A stretch of 64,000 bases of DNA, taken from assembly GCA_963790475.1 (NCBI GenBank), contig CAWBOS010000013.1:128001-192000 (forward strand), read 5' to 3'. Position numbers and translations under genes: made by a program. Below the pieces are notes generated by a model. It saw only the letters and a program-made list of their open reading frames with translations, did no database searches and had not been told where the DNA came from. Positions 1 to 8,982 of the stretch are shown piece after piece (the first letter of the stretch is position 1; the number at the start of each line of letters is the position of its first letter). Origin of the DNA: an uncultured delta proteobacterium. GTDB taxonomy: Bacteria > Desulfobacterota > RBG-13-43-22.

Positions 1-16
1 AAAGTAAGCCACCCAA

Positions 17-382
17 TTAAGCCAGGTTCGGACCTCCCAGGAGAAGGTCTTTTGATGAAAAGGAATCAGGGTCAGTCCAAAGCGTATAGGGCAGATAACC
101 AAGAAGGAAATTGCCCACAAACCCGGCCAGGGAAGAAGGAGTCAAGGTGCCGCCGAAGATGTCGCCGATCAGATTGCCGATGGCCGAACCCCAGGCACCG
201 GCCGGTCCGAACATCAGCCCGAAGGGCATGGGAAAAATGTTTCCAACCCGGACCTCGGTGATACCCGGGATCAGGGGAATGGCGGTTTTAAAGGCCAGCA
301 GGGCGGCGCTGTAGATGGCCGCACAAACCGCGGTCAGGATGATCATCCGGGTATTTCTCCACATGGTAAAGACGGCTTTCAT
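17..382 (-). CDS. QueT-family / ECF S-component-like membrane transporter (3' end probably frameshifted or running off the window)
   Basis: Hydrophobic protein with the pattern FGLMFGPAGAWGSAIGNLIGD...GFVGNFLLGYLPY typical of ECF substrate-specific components; strong RBS upstream. Confidence 0.65.
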   Translation of the reverse strand: MKAVFTMWRNTRMIILTAVCAAIYSAALLAFKTAIPLIPGITEVRVGNIFPMPFGLMFGPAGAWGSAIGNLIGDIFGGTLTPSSLAGFVGNFLLGYLPYTLWTDPDSFSSKDLLLGGPNLA

Positions 383-423
383 GGAACCCTCCTTTCCTTA
401 ATGTAAAAAAAAAGTAAAAAATC

Positions 424-484
424 AGTTCGGAGTTCGGAGTCCTTAAAGGTATCTCGGGGTTCTCTGAACACCGAACTCCGAACT
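424..484. repeat. Inverted heptamer repeat (AGTTCGG)2...(CCGAACT)2
   Basis: agttcggagttcgg at 424-437 is the exact reverse complement of ccgaactccgaact at 471-484. Confidence 0.8.
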
Positions 485-493
485 TTTTTCTTC

Positions 494-1732
494 CTAATCC
501 TTCCTCAAATACTGCATGGTCCCGTCCTGCACTACGGCCACCCTGGCCTGTCCGGGAAAATCCTTTTCCAGAATGGCCAGGCAATCCGGCCAGGTTTTGA
601 CAAAGATCGCATCATCTACATGACAGATCAGGTCTATCCCTGTCCGATCCGGATAAGGGGCCATGACAATCAATTTTTTCATCAAATGGGGCATAAGACC
701 GCGAGTTCTGGGCGTATACTGGCGTCCCCCGTAATCTGATCCCCAGGCCCGAAACACGTAATGGGGGACTTGCCCTTCGGGGGCGTCTGAGATCAGGATC
801 GCAATTCCCTCCCTGGGTTTCAGGGTTTGTAAACCCAGACCGAGGGCGATGGCCGATTCATTGGCCTTGCCATAGGCATTGCTGACCACCAGATCGAAAC
901 CGGTGGAATAGGGAATTCCATAATGCTCCTTTCCCTCTTGTCCTCCGGCTTCGTGGGTGGCCCGGAACGAACCGGCATAGAGGTTGGTGATCTCTCCCCG
1001 GCGGTTGATCAGGCAATCCACCTTGAAATTGAGCCCAACGGCATCCCCGGCGGCATCACACTCGGCCCTCATGATGTTATTTTCGAAGTTGCCCAGGCCG
1101 GTGCGCGATGGATCCCGGGAAAGCTGGTTATGGAACTGGTTAATGGTTTCGATCCCGGCTACCCCCGGCAGGATCAGTTTGGCCCCTCCGCCGAATCCCA
1201 CGTGGACATGCGGGGTGATGCAGCCGATCCCGATTTTCAGGTCACAGGACATAAATTCCCGGTTGTACCAAAGTTCCACTCCGGTCGGGGTCCTCCCTAC
1301 CCTGACGGTGTTTTGGAAAGGATCATGGTTGAAGACGGCATAGTTTTCCACGATCTCCTCCCCTAATTTCTTGCGGGCATTGATCATGTCATAGGCCCCA
1401 TGTCCGCCCAAGGCCCACATAAAACGGATCTGATCTTTCTTCAGGCCCGCCCTATGGAGGGGGTCCAAGATATGCGGGGCAATGTCCTTGACCGGCGTGG
1501 GACGGGTCATGTCGTCAAAGACAATAATGGCCTGGTTTTTTCCTTGGGCTATTTCTTCCAAGCGAGGTCCTTCAACCGGGGTATCGATCTTTTCTTTTAT
1601 TTGTCCAAGGGTGAGTCCGGGTTTTTCAAATCCGGGAGAATTGAGGTTCTGAATATTCCAGCGATCCGGAAAGGTCAATTCCCGTTCTTTATTTTCATAC
1701 CAGAGTCGGGAGGGAACAGATATCTTCTGCAT
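494..1732 (-). CDS. LarA-family (lactate racemase domain, DUF2088) nickel-pincer enzyme
   Basis: Motifs IVFDDMTRPTP, ALGGH, NHD, PHVHVGFGGGAKLILPGVAG; start moved to MQKISV (ATG 1732) with an AAGGAG RBS. Confidence 0.8.
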   Translation of the reverse strand: MQKISVPSRLWYENKERELTFPDRWNIQNLNSPGFEKPGLTLGQIKEKIDTPVEGPRLEEIAQGKNQAIIVFDDMTRPTPVKDIAPHILDPLHRAGLKKDQIRFMWALGGHGAYDMINARKKLGEEIVENYAVFNHDPFQNTVRVGRTPTGVELWYNREFMSCDLKIGIGCITPHVHVGFGGGAKLILPGVAGIETINQFHNQLSRDPSRTGLGNFENNIMRAECDAAGDAVGLNFKVDCLINRRGEITNLYAGSFRATHEAGGQEGKEHYGIPYSTGFDLVVSNAYGKANESAIALGLGLQTLKPREGIAILISDAPEGQVPHYVFRAWGSDYGGRQYTPRTRGLMPHLMKKLIVMAPYPDRTGIDLICHVDDAIFVKTWPDCLAILEKDFPGQARVAVVQDGTMQYLRKD

Positions 1733-1850
1733 GACAGATTTCTCCTTTTGAAGGTTTTCGACCAAGAAGAGTTGGCTTGATTGGAAGGAGTATAGGGTAT
1801 GAAGGTTTTGGGTGTCAACGAAAAGGTAATATCCGATTTTAGAGGGAGTT

Positions 1851-1936
1851 AGACTGAAGGCTGAAGGCCGAAGGTAAAAGATTGAAAGCAAAAGGCGGGT
1901 TTTTCCCTTATTCCTATCCCCTTCAGCCTTCAGTCT
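1851..1936. repeat. Inverted heptamer repeat (CTGAAGG)n...(CCTTCAG)n
   Basis: agactgaaggctgaagg at 1851-1867 pairs with ccttcagccttcagtct at 1920-1936. Confidence 0.8.
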
Positions 1937-1968
1937 TCGGTCTATGAACCTAAAAGATAATATTTTTC

Positions 1969-2013
1969 TTGACAAGGCCGATAAAAGATCTTATGTTAGT
2001 TAACACTATGAAC
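1969..2013 (+). promoter_or_regulatory. sigma70 promoter plus MarR-type operator 1
   Basis: TTGACA(1969)-17 bp-TATGTT(1992); imperfect palindrome GTTAACACTATGAAC at 1999-2013. Confidence 0.6.
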
Positions 2014-2487
2014 TATAAATTCCATAACAATTCTTCTAAATTAGAAGATTATCAGTCAGGACGGCTCAGGGAATTAATAGAAGAAATCATTCATTGTTGC
2101 CAGGAAAGGGTCCTATTCCAATCCCAAAAATTTAATCTCACTCCAGCCGAATTGCGGTGTATCTCGCTGTTTAACAACGAAAAATATTTGACGACCAAAG
2201 GAATGTCCCAAAAGTTAGAGGTGGCCAAGAGCCGGGTAACCAAGATAATGGAGGGATTAACCCAGAAGAAGCTGGTCCAGTGTATCGATGACCCCAAGGA
2301 TGCCCGTGTGAAACTAATCCGCCTGACCCAGACCGGATATAATAAATACAATGAAATAAATCAGTTTATGAAAAATATCCATTACCAGTTGTTGACGAAT
2401 TTGAGCACCGGGGACCGGAAGTCAGTCCTTAGTGCCTTGGAACTGCTGCGTTCCTCCATGGAGGTAGTCAAGGAAAAACTGGTATGA
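2008..2487 (+). CDS. MarR-family transcriptional regulator
   Basis: Winged-helix pattern LEVAKSRVTKIMEGLTQKKLV...DPKDARVKLIRLTQTG; start uncertain (1993 or 2008). Confidence 0.85.
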   Translation: MNYKFHNNSSKLEDYQSGRLRELIEEIIHCCQERVLFQSQKFNLTPAELRCISLFNNEKYLTTKGMSQKLEVAKSRVTKIMEGLTQKKLVQCIDDPKDARVKLIRLTQTGYNKYNEINQFMKNIHYQLLTNLSTGDRKSVLSALELLRSSMEVVKEKLV

Positions 2488-2506
2488 CCTATTGGGGGAT
2501 AAATTT

Positions 2507-2521
2507 GTTAATACTATTAAC
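2507..2521. promoter_or_regulatory. MarR-type operator 2
   Basis: Perfect palindrome GTTAATA-C-TATTAAC, 13/15 identical to the site at 1999-2013. Confidence 0.6.
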
Positions 2522-2547
2522 TTTAATTGTAAAGGGGAGGAAAAATC

Positions 2548-3096
2548 ATGGCGGAAGATTTTGAAAAACAATTAGCGGAACTGAAAAGTAAGGTGGAGGC
2601 CCTGGCCTCCGATCAACCGGAAAATAAAATCTCTATGATCGTTTTCAGCGGTGACCTGGATAAGGCCCTGGCGGCCTTTGTCATCGCCACCGGGGCCGTG
2701 GCCATGGGCATGGAAGTGGTCATGTTTTTTACCTTCTGGGGTACCCCTTTGTTGAGAGATAAACTCAAAAAAGTCGGGGGAAAAGATATGATGGGAACCA
2801 TGTTCGGGGCCATGTTACCTAAAGGGACCGGTCAGGTTAAGTTATCTAAGATGAATATGGCCGGGATGGGTACGGCCATGATGAAGTCCCTGATGAAAAA
2901 GAAAAATGTCGCTTCCTTGGAACAGATGCTGGAGATGGCCGGGGAATTGGGCGTAAAGATCTTTGTCTGTGAAATGTCGATGGACCTGATGGGTTTCAAA
3001 CGCGAGGAGATGATCAGCTACCCGGATATGACCTATTGCGGGGTAGCCAAGTTCCTGGAAGAGGCTATGCACAGCAAAATTCAATTATTCATATAA
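2548..3096 (+). CDS. DsrE2-like (DsrE/DsrF/DrsH-family) sulfur carrier
   Basis: FSGDLDKALAAFVIATGA, FFTFWG, LSKMNMAGMG and CEMSMDLMG motifs. Confidence 0.85.
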   Translation: MAEDFEKQLAELKSKVEALASDQPENKISMIVFSGDLDKALAAFVIATGAVAMGMEVVMFFTFWGTPLLRDKLKKVGGKDMMGTMFGAMLPKGTGQVKLSKMNMAGMGTAMMKSLMKKKNVASLEQMLEMAGELGVKIFVCEMSMDLMGFKREEMISYPDMTYCGVAKFLEEAMHSKIQLFI

Positions 3097-3118
3097 GTAT
3101 TCCAAGGAGGGAAAAAAC

Positions 3119-3358
3119 ATGGAAGAGTTCAAAGTCGATAAAGTGATGGACCTGAAGGGACTACCCTGTCCCATGCCGGTAGTCAAAGTCAGCAAAGGGA
3201 TAAAAGAGGTCCAGGTGGGACAGGTCATCGAAGCCATAACCACCGACCCGGGGGCCTTGTCCGATTTTCCGGCCTGGGCCAGGACCAGCGGTAACGAGAT
3301 CCTCAAAACCGATCAAGGGGATGGGGTTATCAAGATCTATATCAAACGAAACAAATAA
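3119..3358 (+). CDS. tusA: TusA-family sulfurtransferase
   Basis: 79 aa, DLKGLPCPMPVV (CPxP), TDPGALSDFPAW. Confidence 0.9.
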   Translation: MEEFKVDKVMDLKGLPCPMPVVKVSKGIKEVQVGQVIEAITTDPGALSDFPAWARTSGNEILKTDQGDGVIKIYIKRNK

Positions 3359-3418
3359 GCGATTTTTATCCTGTCCGGTCCCTTCCCTATCTATGGAAGG
3401 GACTATGGAGGATTTTAT

Positions 3419-4129
3419 ATGAAAACCCTGTACTATCTTATTCTGGTCCCCATGGTCTATCTGGCCTTCCTGGTTTTTATCGTGGGGACCCTGGTTCAAA
3501 GTATCCGTATATGGCGAACGCCCAAAAACCCGACTACCTTGCAGATCTTCCCTGAAAAGAAACCTAAATGGCTCTGGACCTTTCTCGACAGCTTTCTGCT
3601 GCCCACGGTCCGCCGGCATGCCCCGGTGCGCTGGGTTATTCTCATGATTTTTCACCTGGCCCTGCTGTTGTTGATTATCGGTCATCTGGAACTCTTTAAG
3701 GGATTTACCTTTTTTCAATTCTGGAGGCATGAGATCTTTTTGGGAAAAGGCTTTGTCGGTCTGGCCCTGTCCCTGGCCCTTCTCTACTTCCTTTTCCGTC
3801 GCTTTCATTCCCCCACGCGGGATCTATCCGTCCCCGAGGATTATTATCTGATCCTCCTGCTCTTTCTGACCATGCTCTTCGGCGCTCAAATGGATTGGGC
3901 CAGGAGGTGGTACGGCTATGGGGAACTGAGTCCGGGAGATTATCAAACCTATATGACCAGTCTTCTGGTATTCAAACCCCAGCTGCCTGAGGCGGTCTAT
4001 CAGACCGGCCATTCTTTTATGCTCGTCTTGCATATCTTTTTTGCCAACCTCTTTATCATGCTTTTCCCCTTCAGCAAGGTCATGCATTCCATTTTCAGTA
4101 TCCCTATGAATAAATTAAGGAGGGGTTAA
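3419..4129 (+). CDS. NarI/DsrM/HmcE-like membrane cytochrome b subunit
   Basis: Multiple TM helices with heme-ligand His pairs (FH...GH; LH...FPFSKVMH). Confidence 0.8.
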   Translation: MKTLYYLILVPMVYLAFLVFIVGTLVQSIRIWRTPKNPTTLQIFPEKKPKWLWTFLDSFLLPTVRRHAPVRWVILMIFHLALLLLIIGHLELFKGFTFFQFWRHEIFLGKGFVGLALSLALLYFLFRRFHSPTRDLSVPEDYYLILLLFLTMLFGAQMDWARRWYGYGELSPGDYQTYMTSLLVFKPQLPEAVYQTGHSFMLVLHIFFANLFIMLFPFSKVMHSIFSIPMNKLRRG

Positions 4130-4131
4130 TC

Positions 4132-5388
4132 ATGGATTCGCAAACTCAAAAAGATCTGTTAAACCTATTTCAATCCAAGTTAAACCAGGCCATGAAGTTT
4201 TATCTGGAGACCTGTACCCGTTGCGGGACCTGTACCGAGGCCTGCCACGTCTATGCCTCCATGGGCCAGAACAAATATATCTCTTACTACCGGCATGAAA
4301 TCGTCCGCCGGCTTTATAAAAAATATTTCAAAAGTTCGTTAAACCCCTCGGCTGTCCTGGGGGAATCCAAAGAATTGACTGATATGGCCATGGAGGAACT
4401 CTATGAGGCCGCCTATTCCTGCACGGGCTGCCGCCGCTGCATGGTTTATTGTCCTTACGGCATTGACACCCAGATGCTGATGTCGATTGCCAAGCTCTTA
4501 TTGGTCGGAAACAAATCGGAGCCGGAAATCCTGTCCATGCTGGCCGACATGTCCATTGAGAAGGGGAAGTCGCTGGAGCTGTTCAAGGAGGGTTTTCTCT
4601 CGGCCATAAAAAACCTGGAGTCCCAGGTGGTGGAAAAATGGAAGAGCGAGGCCGGTCAAACCCCTATTCCGGTGGATAGGGAGGGAGCGGATATGCTCTA
4701 TGTCGCCCTGGCCGGGGCGCATTCGATCGTCCCGGCAGCGGCCATCTTTAATGCCGCCAAAGAGAACTGGACCTTGAGTTTTTTTGAGGCCGTCAACTTC
4801 GGGGCTTTTCTCGGCGACCCTTCCCGGACCAAGCTGATCCTGAACCGGATCGTTGATGAGGCTTTGCGTCTCCGGGTCAAAGAGGTCTGTATCTGCGAAT
4901 GCGGAACGGCCTTCCGGGTCATGAAACAGTTGTCCGGAAAACAACCCTTCCGGGTCAGCTCCATCACCGAGGTTCAGGCCCGTTATTTACGGGAGGGACG
5001 GATTAAACTGGACAAGGAAGTCTTCAACAAAGTCCCGGTTACCTATCACGATCCCTGCCAGATCGCCCGCAATGCCGGAGTGATTGATGAGCCCCGCTAC
5101 ATCTTGCGCCAATTGACTGCTGATTTTCGGGATATGACTGATGATGTGCGTTATAATTGGTGCTGCGGCGGCGGCGGCGGTTTGGTCGCCCTGGGGGAGG
5201 ACAACCTGGAATTTCGGATGAAATCGGCCAGGGTCAAGGTGGAGCAGGTCAATAAAACCGGGGCCAAGATTTTGGCCACGGCCTGCGAAAACTGCCATAC
5301 CCAACTCAGCAATCTGAACGACCATTATCAAATGGGCCTGGATGTCCGATTTCTCTCTTCCATGATAGCCGAGGCCCTGGTGGCCTAG
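4132..5388 (+). CDS. HdrD/DsrK/HmcF-like Fe-S protein with CCG domain
   Basis: CTRCGTCTEAC, CTGCRRCMVYCP, YHDPC, CCGGGGG, TACENC. Confidence 0.85.
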   Translation: MDSQTQKDLLNLFQSKLNQAMKFYLETCTRCGTCTEACHVYASMGQNKYISYYRHEIVRRLYKKYFKSSLNPSAVLGESKELTDMAMEELYEAAYSCTGCRRCMVYCPYGIDTQMLMSIAKLLLVGNKSEPEILSMLADMSIEKGKSLELFKEGFLSAIKNLESQVVEKWKSEAGQTPIPVDREGADMLYVALAGAHSIVPAAAIFNAAKENWTLSFFEAVNFGAFLGDPSRTKLILNRIVDEALRLRVKEVCICECGTAFRVMKQLSGKQPFRVSSITEVQARYLREGRIKLDKEVFNKVPVTYHDPCQIARNAGVIDEPRYILRQLTADFRDMTDDVRYNWCCGGGGGLVALGEDNLEFRMKSARVKVEQVNKTGAKILATACENCHTQLSNLNDHYQMGLDVRFLSSMIAEALVA

Positions 5389-5411
5389 ACCGAAAAAAGG
5401 AGAAGAACCTA

Positions 5412-5600
5412 TCACGGCTCATCTTCTCCTCTGGCGGATGATTTTCTCCGGTTACGGACAGTGACAAAAATATAGTAGATCATTAGAAAAGGAAGAACGC
5501 CCAAGGCCAAATCAAAGCGGCCTTTAAAGAGCTGATAGGTGCTGAATCCTACGATCAGGAGAATAAAAAAAAGTTGAAAAAGAGCCGCGGCCTTTACCAT
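5412..5600 (-). CDS. Small two-TM hypothetical protein
   Basis: 62-aa ORF with two hydrophobic helices and a basic tail; AAGGA upstream. Confidence 0.5.
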   Translation of the reverse strand: MVKAAALFQLFFILLIVGFSTYQLFKGRFDLALGVLPFLMIYYIFVTVRNRRKSSARGEDEP

Positions 5601-5775
5601 GATTGACGGTCCTTTCTTATCACCGGCGATCTTATTATGCTTTAGAAAATGATGGAATCAAGGGAATACGTTATACGTTTGATGAGTTAACCATACGATT
5701 AATCACGAGTCAGAGCCCAACCTATTATATAGGCAAGGATTTCATGGAATCGTTTATTAATGAAAGGAACAAGCC

Positions 5776-6399
5776 ATGTCGTGTTCTATCAGCAAAGCAT
5801 TGATTGAAAAAACCATGGCCTTTCATGGCCATTGGTGTCCGGGGTTAGCTATCGGAATCAGGGCCTCCGAGTTGGCGCTCCGGAGATTAGGGGATCCCGG
5901 AAAGGCCGACTGGGTGGCCGTTGTGGAAACCGATATGTGCGGGGTGGACGCCATCCAGGTCCTCACCCACTGTACCTTCGGCAAAGGGAATCTGATCCAC
6001 CGGGATTACGGGAAAATGGCCTTCAGCTTTTTCGATCGCCAGGGGGGGAAAGGGTTCCGGGCCGTATTCAATGCCAACCTTCAGGGCGAGACCGGAAAGG
6101 AAATACAGGCACTGATGAAAAAGACGGCGGATGGGTCGATCTCGGATCAAGAAAAACAACGTTCCGAAGAACTGCGTCAAACCCTTCCCGATATCTATAT
6201 GAACGCTGAACTGGAAGAGATGTTTTCCATCACCGATCTGCCGACTCCGGCCCCACATCCGGCCCGGGTGTTGCAAAGCCTGGCTTGTGAGCGTTGCGGA
6301 GAAATGACTATGGAATCCCGCACCCGACGATTGGACGGGAAAATCTTTTGCATCCCCTGCTTTGCCGAAGTGGATCAAAAATCTGAAGGTTTTTCATAA
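5776..6399 (+). CDS. FmdE-family protein with C-terminal zinc finger
   Basis: FHGHWCPGLAIG, CGVDAIQVLTHCTFGKGN, CERCGE...CIPC. Confidence 0.85.
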   Translation: MSCSISKALIEKTMAFHGHWCPGLAIGIRASELALRRLGDPGKADWVAVVETDMCGVDAIQVLTHCTFGKGNLIHRDYGKMAFSFFDRQGGKGFRAVFNANLQGETGKEIQALMKKTADGSISDQEKQRSEELRQTLPDIYMNAELEEMFSITDLPTPAPHPARVLQSLACERCGEMTMESRTRRLDGKIFCIPCFAEVDQKSEGFS

Positions 6400-6460
6400 A
6401 AGGCATTTTTAAAACCTAACCCGGACAAGCCGGAACCATATTTGAAATATTGTAACATTT

Positions 6461-6575
6461 GGTGGATTCGTAAAAAGTCACCGAAAGCCTATTTTCGTCA
6501 TTCCCTTGAAAAAGGGAATCCAGTGTTTTTAATAAGTTGAGAATAGCCTGGATTCCCGCCTCCGCGGGAATGACG
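6461..6575. repeat. REP/MITE-like palindromic element
   Basis: GGATTCGTAAAAAGTC end motif, then cgtcattccc-N8-gggaatccag ... ctggattccc-N8-gggaatgacg nested inverted repeats. Confidence 0.7.
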
Positions 6576-6620
6576 ACGAAATATTCTATCCAATTTGAGT
6601 AGAATTCTATTCCTAAGTTA

Positions 6621-7640
6621 CTAATGGCCTCCAAAAATACTTTTATACTCCCCGTACCCTTCCTTTTCCAGATCTTCCTTGGGAATGAAACGCAGGGCAG
6701 CGGAATTAAGACAATAACGCAGCCCCGTGGGTTTCGGTCCGTCGGGAAAGACATGCCCCAGGTGGGAATTTCCATGTTTGCTTCTAACCTCAGTGCGGTT
6801 CATCTGGTGGCCGGAATCCACTTTTTCCACAATATTATTCGGGTCCACGGGTTTGGTGAAACTCGGCCAGCCGGTTCCGGAATCATACTTGTCTAAGGAA
6901 CTGAACAGGGGCTCTCCGGAAACAATATCCACATAAATTCCTTCTTTTTTATTATCCCAGTAAGCATTATTAAAGGCAGGCTCGGTACCGTTTTGTTGAG
7001 TCACTTCCAACTGCAAAGGGGTCAGTTTTTTCTTTAAGCCAGCTTCATCTGGTTTCCGATACTCTTTTTTCCCTTCGGAATTGGGGCTCTTTTCCCCCCA
7101 GTTATTGATAATGAACTGGTCTCTTCCTGATCCCCAGCGGTAGTTCCGGTAGCGCAAGGGATTTTTCTGGGAATAATCCTGATGATACTCTTCAGCCGCA
7201 TAAAAAACGCCGGCTGGTTTTATCTCGGTCACGATAGGTTTGGAAAATCTTCCGGAACGAGCCAAGGCCTCTTTTGAGGTTTCGGCCATTTTTTTCTGCT
7301 CTTGGTCATGATAAAAAATTACCGTTTTATATTGCGAACCCCGGTCGGCAAATTGGCCGCCGGGATCAGTCGGATCAATATGTCTCCAGAAAACGTTCAG
7401 TAACCCCTCATACGATATCCGGGCCGGGTCATAATGGACCTGGATCGCCTCCACATGTCCCGTCGAACCTTCTGATACTTCTTGATAGGTGGGATTTTTT
7501 TTGCGGCCGCCCGTATATCCTGAGACCACTCTGATCACTCCCGGTAATTTTTTATAATCGGATTCACTGCACCAGAAACAACCACCGGCAAAGGTGGCAA
7601 TTTTTACAGTTGAATTCTCCTGATTCATTATTTTTTTCAC
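6621..7640 (-). CDS. msrAB: Bifunctional peptide methionine sulfoxide reductase MsrA/MsrB
   Basis: [16 protein letters not shown] (MsrA); GTGWPSF, RTEVRS, HLGHVF, RYCLNS (MsrB). Confidence 0.95.
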   Translation of the reverse strand: MKKIMNQENSTVKIATFAGGCFWCSESDYKKLPGVIRVVSGYTGGRKKNPTYQEVSEGSTGHVEAIQVHYDPARISYEGLLNVFWRHIDPTDPGGQFADRGSQYKTVIFYHDQEQKKMAETSKEALARSGRFSKPIVTEIKPAGVFYAAEEYHQDYSQKNPLRYRNYRWGSGRDQFIINNWGEKSPNSEGKKEYRKPDEAGLKKKLTPLQLEVTQQNGTEPAFNNAYWDNKKEGIYVDIVSGEPLFSSLDKYDSGTGWPSFTKPVDPNNIVEKVDSGHQMNRTEVRSKHGNSHLGHVFPDGPKPTGLRYCLNSAALRFIPKEDLEKEGYGEYKSIFGGH

Positions 7641-8000
7641 CCCGTCTTTAGATTCTGCGGTTTGTTAACAAGATGGTGTGATAGTGACCAATACAGCGAC
7701 AAAAACCAACCATGGCCCCACCCTATCTATTCCTGTCATGATTTTCTTCACTCTTCGATTGGGTGCCTTCTCTTTTTCTTTGAATTCTTGCAACGAAGAA
7801 TATAGCTTCCAAAATATCAAAAAGAGTTCCCCGGGATGGATTAGGATATATGATAAGAACTTCTCAGGTAAGTTACAAGGGGGAGGGGGAGGAAGGGCTT
7901 ACTGATTATTCCGGCAGGGTTAGACCCTTTATACGGAGTCGGAATTCCCTTAAAAGGGAAATTTAATGGTGGGTATGTTTTTCATGGATAATGAACCAAT

Positions 8001-8636
8001 CTACATAACCGTTCTTACAGACTTTCCAGCTGCCTGAATTAAGGCGTCGGTCAATAACCATCCCAGGATAGCCAGACATTCCATGTCCAAATATCCAGTG
8101 GTATTTTGCTGGAAAAGCAATCCCCCTTGGGCCGGAAACTCTTCGTCTTCGTCATTAAACAGCAGCAAGATCGGAATTTTGGGCAAGACATCGAACCGGG
8201 CAATAATCTGATAAGACAACTCCAGGTTAGCCGGTCCGGCTCCCAGTTCTTGACAGGCCCCTTTCAAATCTTCAAGCCGGTTGGAAAATTCTTTCACCAG
8301 GGCTTTTTCGGTGTTGCTGTTGAATCCGCCCACAAAAGGGGCGGCATCTTTGAAATCTTTGTAAGTGACCCAATTATCTCCTTTCGGTTCCTGATCAGGA
8401 CTTAAGAGGAGATATCTGCAAAGCAAAATACTGACGGCAGGCAACGGCTCCTTACCTGATCGTTCATAAACCCCTTTCGGAGAAACCTGATAGGTTTTCT
8501 CCATCAGTGAAATAAAGGCTTCTCCGCCCCTGATTTCAATCTCTAGGATTTTAGACCTGGAGGCAAAATCGATCCCGACTAACTGCTTCAGATAATCTTG
8601 ATAGGTTTCTTCAAAAATAGAAGAATCAAAAGTCAT
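8001..8636 (-). CDS. DUF3786-like protein
   Basis: ILLCRYL, LPKIPILLLFNDEDEEFPA..LLF, YLDMECLA pattern. Confidence 0.7.
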   Translation of the reverse strand: MTFDSSIFEETYQDYLKQLVGIDFASRSKILEIEIRGGEAFISLMEKTYQVSPKGVYERSGKEPLPAVSILLCRYLLLSPDQEPKGDNWVTYKDFKDAAPFVGGFNSNTEKALVKEFSNRLEDLKGACQELGAGPANLELSYQIIARFDVLPKIPILLLFNDEDEEFPAQGGLLFQQNTTGYLDMECLAILGWLLTDALIQAAGKSVRTVM

Positions 8637-8982
8637 AACCGATCCCTTTTGGACAACTCAGTTTTTGGGAACCCTCAGTGGCCCCGATTATTTTTCAAAG
8701 GACCAAGGGGCTCTTTTCGCAGACGATTCGATTTGGGGGCCTAAAAAAAGGATTGAATTTCAAAAATCGAATCAAATAAAATTATTCTACTATGGAAAAG
8801 GAATGGAAATCAAGCCAGGAGCTTATCATCGTTGTTGACAGACCCAAAATTCCAAGTAATATAGGATGTGAATTGAATGAAATATCGAGTGGGGCGGAGA
8901 ATTATCTGAATCCTCTATCCTCCCATCCAAGAACCGCTCCCCGAAGGGGCTGGTGAATATAAATCATGACCAAGGAAACCCC

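Noticed and set aside
383-493. preQ1 riboswitch before the QueT-like gene
   Set aside because: Only a heptamer hairpin and A/T runs; no recognisable aptamer
1733-1975. N-terminal extension of the LarA ORF given in the ORF track
   Set aside because: Translates the heptamer repeat and promoter region; a better RBS/ATG lies at 1732
3378-3403. Terminator between tusA and the cytochrome b gene
   Set aside because: 9-bp stem without a T tract, directly before the next RBS; more likely a stability or processing hairpin
3419-5388. Canonical dsrMK or nitrate reductase narI
   Set aside because: No dsrJOP or narGHJ; the Fe-S protein is shorter than typical DsrK, so it is called DsrMK-like only
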